64,000 bases of DNA from Gammaproteobacteria bacterium (lineage in GTDB: Bacteria > Pseudomonadota > Gammaproteobacteria > SZUA-229): assembly GCA_026195895.1 (NCBI GenBank), contig JAPHRO010000030.1, positions 23,910-87,909 on the forward strand. Direction: 5' to 3'. Shown piece by piece: positions 38,383 through 47,974 of this stretch. Every line of letters begins with the position of its first letter. The stretch's first letter is position 1. The position numbers and the translations under genes are program-made. The notes under the pieces are model-generated. The model was given only the letters and a program-made list of their open reading frames with translations, did no database searches and was not told the origin of the DNA.

Positions 38383-39483
38383 ATGGTCGAATTACTTGCA
38401 AATATCTGGTCGGTTTATCTGGATACTGCCTTCTGGTTGCTGGTGGGCTTGATTGCAGCGGGCCTGGTCAAAGCCTATATACCGGAAGATGCCATGCAGC
38501 GCTGGCTGGGTGGTCGCGGTTTCTCCGCAGTAGGTCGTGCGGCCCTGTTCGGCGCACCTTTGCCTTTGTGCTCCTGCGGCGTGTTGCCTGCAGCACTGGG
38601 TATTCGCAGAAGCGGCGCCTCAAAGGAAGCGACGGTTTCTTTTTTGATTTCTACGCCTGAAACCAGCGTCGATTCCGTCGCGGTGACTTATGCCTTGATG
38701 GGGCCGGTGATGGCGGTGTACCGACCATTGGCTGCGCTACTGAGTGCGATAGTGACGGGCATGATGACAGTATATGTGGATGACGAAAGGGAGGCTGTAA
38801 GTGAGCCTGCAGAACCCTTATCTTGCTGCAATAAGGAAAAAACCGTCGAGTCGGCAACCGCTTGTTGCAGCAATAGCTCGACCCCGACCAATGGCACCGA
38901 TATCTGTTGCGGCACTTCGGCAAAAATCGCCACTAATCGTTTCAGGCAGGCACTGCAATTTGCCGGTAGCGAATTGCTGGACGATATTTCTAAATGGCTG
39001 TTTATTGGCATTGTAGCGGCAGGTGTAATGACCACGATCATACCCCCTGGCTGGCTCGAGCAATGGGGGCAGGGTGTATTGGCAATGCTGGTGATGGCTC
39101 TGATTGGAATACCTATGTATATCTGTGCGGTCGCTTCCACGCCGGTTGCTGCTGGCTTATTAGTCGCCGGTGTATCGCCGGGAACGGTGCTGGTGTTTTT
39201 ACTGGTGGGTCCGGCAACCAATATTGCGAGCCTCATTTTAATCAGCAGGGAACTGGGTCAAAAAGTCACTGCGGTATATCTGGCGGGTATTACTGTTAGC
39301 AGTATTGTTATGGGACTGATTCTTGACGGCCTGATCAGCAATATGGGATTTACAGTCATTGCTGAGATAGGTGATAGCCAACGCATGTTACCCGACTGGC
39401 TGGCTTTATCCAGTGCAATAATATTGTTGATACTTGCCGTGCCTTTTTTAAGAAATCGAGTGATACCATTTCTAAGATATTGA
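38383..39483 (+). CDS. DUF318 (ArsP/YraQ-like) permease with Cys-rich central loop
   Basis: 366 aa; two 4-TM halves; PLCSCGVLP (the CSC motif found in ArsP-type permeases); cytoplasmic loop CCNKEK….ACCSNSS….DICCG with three CC pairs. Confidence 0.7.
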   Translation: MVELLANIWSVYLDTAFWLLVGLIAAGLVKAYIPEDAMQRWLGGRGFSAVGRAALFGAPLPLCSCGVLPAALGIRRSGASKEATVSFLISTPETSVDSVAVTYALMGPVMAVYRPLAALLSAIVTGMMTVYVDDEREAVSEPAEPLSCCNKEKTVESATACCSNSSTPTNGTDICCGTSAKIATNRFRQALQFAGSELLDDISKWLFIGIVAAGVMTTIIPPGWLEQWGQGVLAMLVMALIGIPMYICAVASTPVAAGLLVAGVSPGTVLVFLLVGPATNIASLILISRELGQKVTAVYLAGITVSSIVMGLILDGLISNMGFTVIAEIGDSQRMLPDWLALSSAIILLILAVPFLRNRVIPFLRY

Positions 39484-39575
39484 AAAAAATAGAAATTTAT
39501 TTGGTTCTTGCTTTACAAGGCTAATCTTTCTGACTATAAAAAACAGCAATAATTATTATTCGAGCAGGGCCTGGT

Positions 39576-39950
39576 ATGTCTTTATTTAAAAAGAGTTTGT
39601 TTGTTTTAGTGGCTGGCAGCGTGTTGGTGGGGAATCTGGCTTTGGCCGAGGGCGTGTTTCAGGAAAGAAAACGTGCCGGACATGAGCTGACTGCGGCGGA
39701 GCAAAGACAGTTAACGATAGAGTTTTACGAAAAATTTGGACATCAGAAGTCATCACCGATCAAAAAATCCAATAATCCATGGCAGGCTAAAAAGCAGCGT
39801 AGCATGACGCAATCGCCAGCTATTAGCTGGGGTGAGTGTCGGGATTATGCGCTGCAAAAACGTAATAGCTGTTATAAACAGGGAAAGGATGCTTACAATT
39901 GTGAGCGTTTTTATGAGGCGCGGACACAGAAATGCAATCAGGATTTTTAG
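39576..39950 (+). CDS. Small secreted 4-Cys protein (paralogue of 54217..54597)
   Basis: 124 aa; signal peptide. C-terminal domain NNPWQAKKQ…CRDYALQKRNSCYKQGKDAYNCERFYEARTQKCNQDF aligns with NNPWASKKAKQ…CQQFALKQRNQCYAVGNDGSICELYYKARVGHCAEYF of the second copy. All four Cys are conserved. Confidence 0.6.
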   Translation: MSLFKKSLFVLVAGSVLVGNLALAEGVFQERKRAGHELTAAEQRQLTIEFYEKFGHQKSSPIKKSNNPWQAKKQRSMTQSPAISWGECRDYALQKRNSCYKQGKDAYNCERFYEARTQKCNQDF

Positions 39951-39981
39951 CCGCCGTGACGATGTGAATAGTCAAAATACT

Positions 39982-40359
39982 TTAGCTTAATAATTTATAA
40001 GACAGTATGGCGCCGGCAATATAGCAGGGAAGTATAAACAGAATAGCAAAAATTTTACTGTACCGGTCCATGTCCCTGTTTTCCTGTTCTGAGAGATCCG
40101 GGTAATTTGATGCTTTTATATACCTGAGTGCGTATTGATCCCAGGCGATCGCATAAACCAGGAAGGGCAGTACCATCCAGCTCAGTAGACCAGCCAGTTC
40201 CGGCTTCCAGTGAGCCGTTATGAAAACGATACCAATAGCACCGGAAAAGACTTCACCCAGGATATAGGCAATGCTTCGCTTATCAAGATAATCTTTGATA
40301 ATAGATATGAAGATAACAGCTGTCAGTACGACTAAATACGCAATCGCCCACCACGGCAT
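39982..40359 (-). CDS. Small integral membrane protein (4 TM), unknown
   Basis: 125 aa; four hydrophobic helices. Confidence 0.45.
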   Translation of the reverse strand: MPWWAIAYLVVLTAVIFISIIKDYLDKRSIAYILGEVFSGAIGIVFITAHWKPELAGLLSWMVLPFLVYAIAWDQYALRYIKASNYPDLSEQENRDMDRYSKIFAILFILPCYIAGAILSYKLLS

Positions 40360-40428
40360 AGCTTTCCCTCACTAATTTATAATTTTTATTTATTAATTAT
40401 AGACAATAAACAAAATTTATTTTTGGCT

Positions 40429-41043
40429 TTACAAAGCCTGTTTAACTAAATAGTGCGATAGTTCCAGTGCGTGATTCTGTTCATCCGTCAGGTCATTATC
40501 ATCTTCCTGATCAAGATGATGCGTGGGTCTGGAATGGTCTTTTTGCAACAGAGTTTCCAGTACGGCGGACAAGGCATGTATACGTTCCTGCGCAATAACC
40601 AGTTCCAGCATCCGGCAAAAAGGTTTGAGCAGATCAATATATTCAATGCTGTGTACCAGGGGGAGTTGTAGCTCTTCGGTCTCACTGGTTTTATAGGCCA
40701 GTGGCTGATTATCTAAAATCGGTAAATTTTTTATTTTTATAACATCCAGTTCATTTCGGCTTTGTTTTATACAGATCAGCAGGTGCTTCAGGTGGGATTC
40801 GATTTCTTTACGTTCGGCATAACTGGTACGTTGTATAAACTGGTCTCGATTGGCGGTGATGGTGAGAAACTGGATAGCGAGATTGTCGAGGCTATTGATT
40901 AATGATTTGGAGCTATATTCGTGCTCGGGTCCAAATCGTAGTGAGGTATCGAATCCCGTCTGCTGCAAACTGATCAACAGGGAGTTATTGGCTGTTTTTA
41001 TATCAACAAGTAATGCATTGATCACCGCTATAGATTTAATCAT
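40429..41043 (-). CDS. Hypothetical cytoplasmic protein, unknown
   Basis: 204 aa; no TM; acidic C-terminus (…HHLDQEDDNDLTDEQNH…). Confidence 0.45.
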   Translation of the reverse strand: MIKSIAVINALLVDIKTANNSLLISLQQTGFDTSLRFGPEHEYSSKSLINSLDNLAIQFLTITANRDQFIQRTSYAERKEIESHLKHLLICIKQSRNELDVIKIKNLPILDNQPLAYKTSETEELQLPLVHSIEYIDLLKPFCRMLELVIAQERIHALSAVLETLLQKDHSRPTHHLDQEDDNDLTDEQNHALELSHYLVKQAL

Positions 41044-41082
41044 GCTGTTTTATACGCTGTGTTTTTAGATGCTTAATCAGGC

Positions 41083-41115
41083 CTGTTGAATTACGAGAGC
41101 TTATGAATTCAACAG
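41083..41115. promoter_or_regulatory. Perfect 10-bp inverted repeat CTGTTGAATT-n13-AATTCAACAG
   Basis: 40 bp upstream of the 40429..41043 gene start; no adjacent U-run, so more likely an operator than a terminator. Confidence 0.4.
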
Positions 41116-41192
41116 TAAATACCATCAGTCCGGCGTCAGTTAATTCAGGATTTAAGCCGTGTGGCTGGAGAATATCTGCTTCAAATTGGCGC

Positions 41193-41326
41193 TGTGGATA
41201 TTTTATTGTTCTATCTTCCCTGAACCATTTTTTATTAGGTTTCCACTATATATGGGGGTTTGGGTAAGGTCAAGCACAACAAACTGTGTATGTCTTTGTG
41301 GGCATGTATGGGAAAAGCTGTGGATA
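41193..41326. promoter_or_regulatory. Two DnaA-box-like 9-mers (TGTGGATAT at 41193-41201; exact TGTGGATAA at 41318-41326) in a 320-bp AT-rich intergenic region
   Basis: The exact reverse complement of TTATCCACA plus a one-mismatch copy in the same orientation ~125 bp apart, with T-rich runs between. Confidence 0.3.
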
Positions 41327-41362
41327 AAGTTACATAATACCACTGAAATCAAGCGGATATTA

Positions 41363-41785
41363 TTAATAGCTCGGGGGCTTATTAAGTATATAAATTACAT
41401 AGCCCGCGGCAATAAATTGGGAAAAATGCCCAATATTCTGTACCAGTTTCAGCAGGCGCAATGCGCGCTGGCTTTCTGGGGAATGCTGCCCTGAATGACT
41501 GGCGATGCCCTTTAGCAGGTGCATATTCGCAAATACATAGGTTGCGGCGAGAATAGCCAGGAGCAGGGCAGCCTGCTGGTTTTTGATCAATGCAGCAATC
41601 AGGCCGCCAAGTAAACACAGGGTACTATTTAAACGGTAAAAGCGTCGATAAATGAGTAGCTGTTGTTGCTGCTCGAGTTGTTGTGCGATAAGCGGTTTGT
41701 AAAGGATCGTCAGCAGTAGAAAACTACCCATTGTGCTGCCTGCAAATGCAGCGCTTACCAGTGTTAAAAAATCATAAAGATGCAT
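41363..41785 (-). CDS. Small integral membrane protein, unknown
   Basis: 140 aa; 3-4 hydrophobic helices; QQ-rich loop. Confidence 0.4.
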   Translation of the reverse strand: MHLYDFLTLVSAAFAGSTMGSFLLLTILYKPLIAQQLEQQQQLLIYRRFYRLNSTLCLLGGLIAALIKNQQAALLLAILAATYVFANMHLLKGIASHSGQHSPESQRALRLLKLVQNIGHFSQFIAAGYVIYILNKPPSY

Positions 41786-41924
41786 CTGGCGATTGTAGCA
41801 TTATTCTTTACCCGCAATGACGGCAGGGAAGCTGTGGGGAATTTTAAGTTGGTAATGCTGACGAATCGGTAAAGATAAATCATGGCTGCATGAATATTCA
41901 TGCAGCCATGCAAAACTTTCGGGA

Positions 41925-43190
41925 TTAATAATTTTCCAGCTTACGCATACTGGCCGGTAGCATTTTGAAATCTACCAGTGAACTGACGAAGGCTTTAACA
42001 AAGGTCGCTTCATCTTCGTGGATTAATTTATAGTACTGGATTTTCATGGTCAGAGCGCTGCCGAATATGATCGAGACCAGTGCCAGCATGGAGCCAACGG
42101 CAAGTGTAGAAACTCCCGTAATCCCCTGGCCAATAGTGCACCCAAGCGCAAGTACACCGCCAATGCCCATCAGGATGCCGCCAATAATATGGGTGGCAAA
42201 GTCCCTGAAACTGGCGAACCATTCAATGCGGAAATTTTTTGAAACCAGTGACCAGAACAGGGCGCCGGTTATAACACCAAATAAAGCCGCCAGGCCAAAG
42301 GTCAGATTCAGGCTGTTAAAGCCATTTAACGCGTAACGCAGAGATTCGCCAATGGGATTAATAAAGGTGTATGACTGAACCGCGATGCCATCCGGTGATT
42401 TGGATTCTTCGAGCATGCTCCAGTTGTCAACATTGGCATAAGATACCCAGCTATAGGTTTCACCATCTACTTCTATGGTTGCCATGCCACCACTGATGTA
42501 CCAGGCACCCAGGACACACAGGCCAATGACGCTGCCTGAAATAATATTGTCTTTGGTGCTGCGGAAATCTGCTGAGCGAAACACGATAATAAGCAGGGCT
42601 ACGCCAATGACCAGTCCCAGGATCAAACGTAGTGAAGCTACCTCAGTAGCCAGGATACCCGCCAGTAAGGAGCCCAGATCCTGTTGTCCTATCAGGCTTA
42701 TAGTGGTTGCATTGGTCCAGCCATAGAACACTTCGGAGTAAATGGTTTTATCTGTGCCTGGAAAAGGGTTGACCATGAAATAGGCGCAAACCGCAATAAC
42801 GGCAAACAGCACGATAGATTTGAGATTGCCGCCACCAATACGGATCAGGGTTTTGTTACCACAGCCGCTGCCCAGTGTCATACCGACGCCAAACATGACG
42901 CCGCCCAGGATGTATTCCAGCCAGGCAAAGCTGCTACCACGATAGGGTGGACGTGAAACATCAACCGAGAGCAGATTCATGGATTCAACGATGGTGACGC
43001 CAATCATGGCCACCGCGATGGCTAAAAACCAGGCGCGAATACGGCCAGAATCACCCATGTTTACCAGGTCTGATACAGCGCCCATGGTGCAGAAGTTTGT
43101 CTTTGTGGCGACAGCTCCCATGATAAAGGCAATGGCAAATGCCAGCCAGATAATAGTTGAATGGGCTGAAGCAAAGCTTTCAAATGACAT
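41925..43190 (-). CDS. YeeE/YedE-family sulfur-compound (thiosulfate-type) transporter
   Basis: Start chosen at MSFESF… (43190). Paired conserved motifs FCTMGAVSD and LGCTIGQGITGVS (one per repeat half) are characteristic of the YeeE/YedE family; ~10 TM helices. Confidence 0.75.
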   Translation of the reverse strand: MSFESFASAHSTIIWLAFAIAFIMGAVATKTNFCTMGAVSDLVNMGDSGRIRAWFLAIAVAMIGVTIVESMNLLSVDVSRPPYRGSSFAWLEYILGGVMFGVGMTLGSGCGNKTLIRIGGGNLKSIVLFAVIAVCAYFMVNPFPGTDKTIYSEVFYGWTNATTISLIGQQDLGSLLAGILATEVASLRLILGLVIGVALLIIVFRSADFRSTKDNIISGSVIGLCVLGAWYISGGMATIEVDGETYSWVSYANVDNWSMLEESKSPDGIAVQSYTFINPIGESLRYALNGFNSLNLTFGLAALFGVITGALFWSLVSKNFRIEWFASFRDFATHIIGGILMGIGGVLALGCTIGQGITGVSTLAVGSMLALVSIIFGSALTMKIQYYKLIHEDEATFVKAFVSSLVDFKMLPASMRKLENY

Positions 43191-43529
43191 CTCAGCGTCC
43201 TCGTCAGTGTTGATTGTGTAACCCGGCAGAAAATCTCTGATCAGGGGGTGATGATTATAAGGTATATGAACAGCATTTAGCATTTGCTAAATATCGCCAT
43301 TATTTCCCTGGTTTTTATAATAGAGACAGCTACGCTAATGAAAACATTTCTGAATGGAAATGCAGGTTATATCTAAATATCCGATCTAAGCGTCGGCTTT
43401 ATTGGTCTGAGGAATAATACCCGCAGATTTCAGAAAAGCAACGAGCATAATAAAACGCTAATATTGAAGTTTGTGTGGCCTGTGTTGATTAAACAGGCAC
43501 CATGCAACAAGGCCGGTGGTCAAAGCCTG

Positions 43530-45236
43530 TTATTTGTACAGTGGTTCCAGTTCGCTTGTGGTTGAGGATTTTCGATCATCTATAGCCGATAGTGTTTGCC
43601 GACTGGCGCGCCATAAATTAGCGCTGTTCCAGTCGGCTGGGCTGTTTGAATAAAGGGCTGCACTAAGATTATTTATTTCTGTTTTTAAAGGCTCACCCGC
43701 TTTGTCTGCCAGTTCGCCCAGGCTAGTCGGCGGCTGGTCAGCAAAGACAGTTTTACCCCATTGCAGGAAGGCATCTTTACAGGCACCGGCATTACCCGAA
43801 TCACAGGCCTGTTTTAAAATTTTATCGATTTGTTGCAGCGAGTCTGTATGCCTGGTCGAGGGTTGTTTTTTCTGTTTTGATTTTTTTTGTGAACTGAAAA
43901 ACCAGAACAGGCCGGTTAGTAACCAGCCCATAGCCAGTGCCAGGCTTAGCCAGATCCAGAATGAAGACGTCGCCTGGCTGCTCGTTCTGGATTCCGGTTC
44001 TGTCAGCGGTATAAGTTCTGGTGCTGGCTGGACGGGTTCAGCAGGTGTCGCCTGCGTGGCCTGAGGTTTGCCGCTGGCGACAACGACCAGATGCTTTGCA
44101 GGTAATTTAGCGATTTCCATTTTATCGGTCTGGCTATTCCACCAGGGGATTTCTATTGCAGGCAAAACAAACTCGCCGGCACGGGCGGGAATCAGGGCGA
44201 TGTTCTGTTCATATTTGCTGGTTATGCCGGTAGACGACTTAACATCGCCGGTGACTGGCTGGTCCGGGTACTGTTTTAATCCGGCAATGGCAGGCATGGT
44301 GATTTCGGGTAACTGTGAAAAACTGACGCCGTCCGCCAGCACGGTGATATTACGTGTAATCGGTTCTCCGACTTTATATTCCGTCTTATTGTCTGGCCAG
44401 TGTTCCAGCAACTGGATGCTATTTGCTACCAGCCAGTGCTGAGCCTTAAACTGTTTGGGGACGGGTAATACTTCCAGATCGATAGCTCTGGATAGCGCGC
44501 GTTTCGTTTGCGCGTTGCTGCGGAATGGATCGTAATAGTTTGAATTGCTACCAATATTTACCCTGGCCGCAGCAAGGCTCGGTTCGATATGCAGCTTTCC
44601 TGATTGTTGCGGGAAAATAGCGAAGCGAATTTCGGCGACCTGATAAGTTATGTTGCCGCGACGCGTGTTAAAAAGTTTTCCTTCATCAAGTTGTTCGACA
44701 ATAATATCAACACCGCTGGTTTTTAATTCATTGAATTGCGGAGTTGAAGCAAAACGACGATTGCTCAGTAATCGGCGGGTAACAATTATCTGGGCGTTTA
44801 CATAGGCCTGGTTGCTGCTGACTTCCAGTTCAGAAATAAAATCACCGGACGCTGTTGCTGCATTTTGATCCAGCGGTTTGATGGTTAACTGAATTTGTGG
44901 ACTCAGGTCTTTACCGAAATGAATTGATGGTATGGTAAAGACGCCGGCTTTTAATGGCATCAATGTCACTGTCCAGGTGGCTGTTTTTTTATAGTTACCA
45001 TTGATGATGCTGATGTTGCTGCTTTTACTTTCGCCGAGATTACTAAAGTTATTTTCCAGTGGTGAAAAATCCGGATCGTCATCAACAGAGCCAGTGGCTT
45101 CAAAAATCAATTGAAAGGTTTCATTGGCGTAAAGCGTGCTTCTGTCTGTTTGCACCGTGATATTCGCCGCCAGGCTGTTGGCGGCGAATACAAAAAACAA
45201 TACAAATATGTAAGTTAATTTATTTAAAACGTGCAT
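43530..45236 (-). CDS. BatD-like protein (Bat/MoxR-vWA operon)
   Basis: 568 aa; signal peptide; large periplasmic region; a single TM near aa 440 (FWIWLSLALAMGWLLTGLFWFF); last gene of the MoxR-vWA operon. Confidence 0.65.
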   Translation of the reverse strand: MHVLNKLTYIFVLFFVFAANSLAANITVQTDRSTLYANETFQLIFEATGSVDDDPDFSPLENNFSNLGESKSSNISIINGNYKKTATWTVTLMPLKAGVFTIPSIHFGKDLSPQIQLTIKPLDQNAATASGDFISELEVSSNQAYVNAQIIVTRRLLSNRRFASTPQFNELKTSGVDIIVEQLDEGKLFNTRRGNITYQVAEIRFAIFPQQSGKLHIEPSLAAARVNIGSNSNYYDPFRSNAQTKRALSRAIDLEVLPVPKQFKAQHWLVANSIQLLEHWPDNKTEYKVGEPITRNITVLADGVSFSQLPEITMPAIAGLKQYPDQPVTGDVKSSTGITSKYEQNIALIPARAGEFVLPAIEIPWWNSQTDKMEIAKLPAKHLVVVASGKPQATQATPAEPVQPAPELIPLTEPESRTSSQATSSFWIWLSLALAMGWLLTGLFWFFSSQKKSKQKKQPSTRHTDSLQQIDKILKQACDSGNAGACKDAFLQWGKTVFADQPPTSLGELADKAGEPLKTEINNLSAALYSNSPADWNSANLWRASRQTLSAIDDRKSSTTSELEPLYK

Positions 45237-45242
45237 TGCGAT

Positions 45243-46991
45243 TTACCAGGGTTGGTTGGCATCAGACTGGTGGCCCTGTCTATTATATTGATAAAGAAAT
45301 TTATTTCGTAGCAAGCCGCCAGGATCATTGGGGATTTTTTTGAGCCACTGTTGTTGTTCCTGTTTGCTCAGGTCCTGTTGCGATGATTCTGTGCTTGCTT
45401 GCTGTTCTTCTTCAGGCTGCGTTTTCTGTTGTTGTTCTTCAGTCTGGTTTTGCTGTTGCTGCGAAGATTCATTTTCAGCTTGCTGTTCTTCTGTTGACTG
45501 ATTTTCTGCCGACTGTTGATCTTTTTTTTGCTGCTGCTGGGATGAATCCTGTTGCTCGGATTTATCCTGCGACTGCTGTTCAGAGTTTTTCTGATCTTTG
45601 CTCTGTTCGTTGTTTTGCTGATTGTTTTGCTGTTTTTCCTGTTGCTGTTTTTCCAGCAGCTCTCTGTTGAATTTTGCGTCTTCATGGTTGTTATCAAGTT
45701 GCAGCGCCTGGTTATACGCATCAATGGCTTCGCCTGCTCGGCCCATCCTGGCCAGCGCATTGCCGCGATTGTAATGAGCGTCTGCAGTGTCTATGTCCGT
45801 TAACTGTTCGATGCTTTGTTCAAACTCACCGGCTTTATAAAAAGCACTGGCTTTCCATTCTGGCTGCTTGAATAGTTCGGCGGCTTCGGCGTTATTGCCA
45901 GCGGCAAATTGCTCACTGGCACGTTGATTATCGTTGCGCCACAGTTCATCCCAGCTCAACGCATCGGCAGGTTGTGGGAAGGGTATCAATAAAATAAAAG
46001 CCAGTGATAAATAACCTTTGCGAAAAGCAAACGCGGCCAGCGGCATTAGCAATAATAATAGCCAGGGCCCCTGTTCGCGCCAGACGTCGGTTTTCATTTC
46101 TGTTTCGGTTGAATCTTTTTTAGTGTGGCTGGCTACCAGTAAACCGAGGATGTGTTTGATATCTTTATCGGAAGCCGTGAGACGACTAAATCGCCCGTCG
46201 CCACTGCTGGCGATAGCTTTCAGTTTGGCTGCATCAAGTTTAGGAATAACGATCGCGCCACTGGCATTTTTTACAAAGCCACCGTTGCCTGAGGGAATAG
46301 GTGCACCATCCGGCGTGCCAATAGCGAGGATTGATAAACGATGCCCCTGGCTGGTGAGTTCATCAATAGTTGAGTCGGCGTCGTCTACATCGTCGGTAAT
46401 TAACAGTATATCGCCTTTACTGATGCCGGCATTTTTCAGTAATTCGCTGGCCCTGTTTAAAGCCTTGCTGATATTGCTACCCTGGGCGGGCATCAGCTCG
46501 GTGCTTAAACTGGGTACCAGTGAATTAATGGTAGCGGCGTCATCGGTTAACGGGCTTATGGTAAAGGCTTCGCCGGCATAGCCAATCAGTGCCGTCTGGC
46601 CTTCTTTTCTGAATTTTAAAATATCGGAAATTTTGTGCCGCGCGCGTGCTAATCGACTGGGTTTAATATCCGTGGCATCCATTGATAATGATAAGTCCAG
46701 AGCAATCACCAGCGCCGACTGTTTTTTGAAGACTGGTTGCGGGCGTTTTTCCCAGGCCGGCCCGGCAAGAGCAATAACAGCGAGTATACCGCCGATAAAA
46801 AATAACATAACCGGCAGTCGGCTATTTTTTCCGGGTTTGCCAATGAGCAGATGGGGAAGCAGGGCAGGATCGATGACTGATTGCCAGCTTCGGCTGAACA
46901 GTTTTTTGCGGAGCAGCAGCCAGGTCAACAATAGTAAAGGCAGCAGTGCCAGTAGCCAGCTCGGACGAATGAAATGAAACTGTTCAATCAT
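45243..46991 (-). CDS. Fused vWA-domain + TPR protein (BatB/BatC-like) with ~100-aa Q/E-rich low-complexity tail
   Basis: 582 aa; N-terminal TM helices; vWA MIDAS (DLSLSM); TPR region (…YNRGNALARMGRAGEAIDAYNQALQLD…); QQNNQQNNEQSKDQKNSEQQSQ… low complexity. Confidence 0.7.
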   Translation of the reverse strand: MIEQFHFIRPSWLLALLPLLLLTWLLLRKKLFSRSWQSVIDPALLPHLLIGKPGKNSRLPVMLFFIGGILAVIALAGPAWEKRPQPVFKKQSALVIALDLSLSMDATDIKPSRLARARHKISDILKFRKEGQTALIGYAGEAFTISPLTDDAATINSLVPSLSTELMPAQGSNISKALNRASELLKNAGISKGDILLITDDVDDADSTIDELTSQGHRLSILAIGTPDGAPIPSGNGGFVKNASGAIVIPKLDAAKLKAIASSGDGRFSRLTASDKDIKHILGLLVASHTKKDSTETEMKTDVWREQGPWLLLLLMPLAAFAFRKGYLSLAFILLIPFPQPADALSWDELWRNDNQRASEQFAAGNNAEAAELFKQPEWKASAFYKAGEFEQSIEQLTDIDTADAHYNRGNALARMGRAGEAIDAYNQALQLDNNHEDAKFNRELLEKQQQEKQQNNQQNNEQSKDQKNSEQQSQDKSEQQDSSQQQQKKDQQSAENQSTEEQQAENESSQQQQNQTEEQQQKTQPEEEQQASTESSQQDLSKQEQQQWLKKIPNDPGGLLRNKFLYQYNRQGHQSDANQPW

Positions 46992-47974
46992 CGACTCAGT
47001 CCTGTTGCTTTGAGTACACTAATGAAAAATACAATGACCAGAGCAAAGCCCAGTGGCCAGAAATATAACGCCATAATCGGACGAAAGCTCTGGCTTTCCT
47101 GCTCAACCGGTTCCAGTTCATCAAGCAGGCTGTAAATTTTATTCAATTCTTCTGTATCTCGCGCACGGAAATATTTACCGCCGGTTTGTTCAGCAATGGC
47201 GGTTAATGTTTTTTCGTCGATTTCCCGGTTTTTTACCTGACGATTAAAAAAGAAGCCGCCCCGTTCAACCATCTCCGCACCGATGCCAATGGTATAAATT
47301 TTCAGTCCCTGTTCGGCCGCAATTTCTGCCGCTTTAATCGGTTCAACTTCACCAGCCGTGTTTCTGCCATCGGTGAGTAATATCAATACCCGGCTGTTCA
47401 CTTCGAGATTCTGCAATCTTTTTATACCCAGACCAATGGCGTCACCGATAGCCGTGGCTTTGCCCGCGATGCCGATGAGTGATTCCTGCAATAAAGTATT
47501 CACCGTGGTGATATCGAATGTTAAGGGTGTCTGTAAATAAGCGCGTTCACCAAACAGGATGAGTCCCAGGCGATCGCCTTCACGGCGCTTGATAAATTCA
47601 CCGGCCACCAGTTTTACTGCCTGCAAACGATTGATGGTTTGATTGCCGATGGCAAAATCTTCTTCGGCCATACTGCCAGATAAATCAACCGCCAACATTA
47701 AATCACGGCCGGAGACAGGAATATCGAGCCGATCGCCTAACCATTGTGGTCGACTTGCCGCCAGTACCAGCAATATCCACGCGATGCTGGCCAGCATCAA
47801 TAGCCAGCGATTCAGCTTGCGGGTTTTATCCAGGCTGGTGTCGGCGGCAAAATCCTCAATAAAAGGCACGCGCAGGGCAGCATCCTGTACAGTATTGGCC
47901 GCGGGTAGAATAAAGCGCAGTATCAGGGGCAGCGGTAAACAGAGTAATGCCCAGGGCCAGTCGAACTGAATCAT
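46988..47974 (-). CDS. vWA-domain protein BatA-like
   Basis: 328 aa; N-terminal TM helices; MIDAS DLSGSM; overlaps neighbours by 4 nt (ATGA). Confidence 0.8.
   Translation of the reverse strand: MIQFDWPWALLCLPLPLILRFILPAANTVQDAALRVPFIEDFAADTSLDKTRKLNRWLLMLASIAWILLVLAASRPQWLGDRLDIPVSGRDLMLAVDLSGSMAEEDFAIGNQTINRLQAVKLVAGEFIKRREGDRLGLILFGERAYLQTPLTFDITTVNTLLQESLIGIAGKATAIGDAIGLGIKRLQNLEVNSRVLILLTDGRNTAGEVEPIKAAEIAAEQGLKIYTIGIGAEMVERGGFFFNRQVKNREIDEKTLTAIAEQTGGKYFRARDTEELNKIYSLLDELEPVEQESQSFRPIMALYFWPLGFALVIVFFISVLKATGLSR

Noticed and set aside
38688-39299. ORFs of 71-182 aa overlapping the DUF318 permease gene on both strands
   Set aside because: Alternative frames of a GC-richer membrane-protein gene; the permease frame has a coherent TM architecture and motifs, and these do not.
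41044-41362. Chromosomal replication origin (oriC)
   Set aside because: Only two DnaA-box 9-mers, no clustered 13-mer AT repeats in the canonical arrangement, and no dnaA/gidA/mioC/rnpA neighbourhood. A DnaA-regulated promoter or titration site is more likely.
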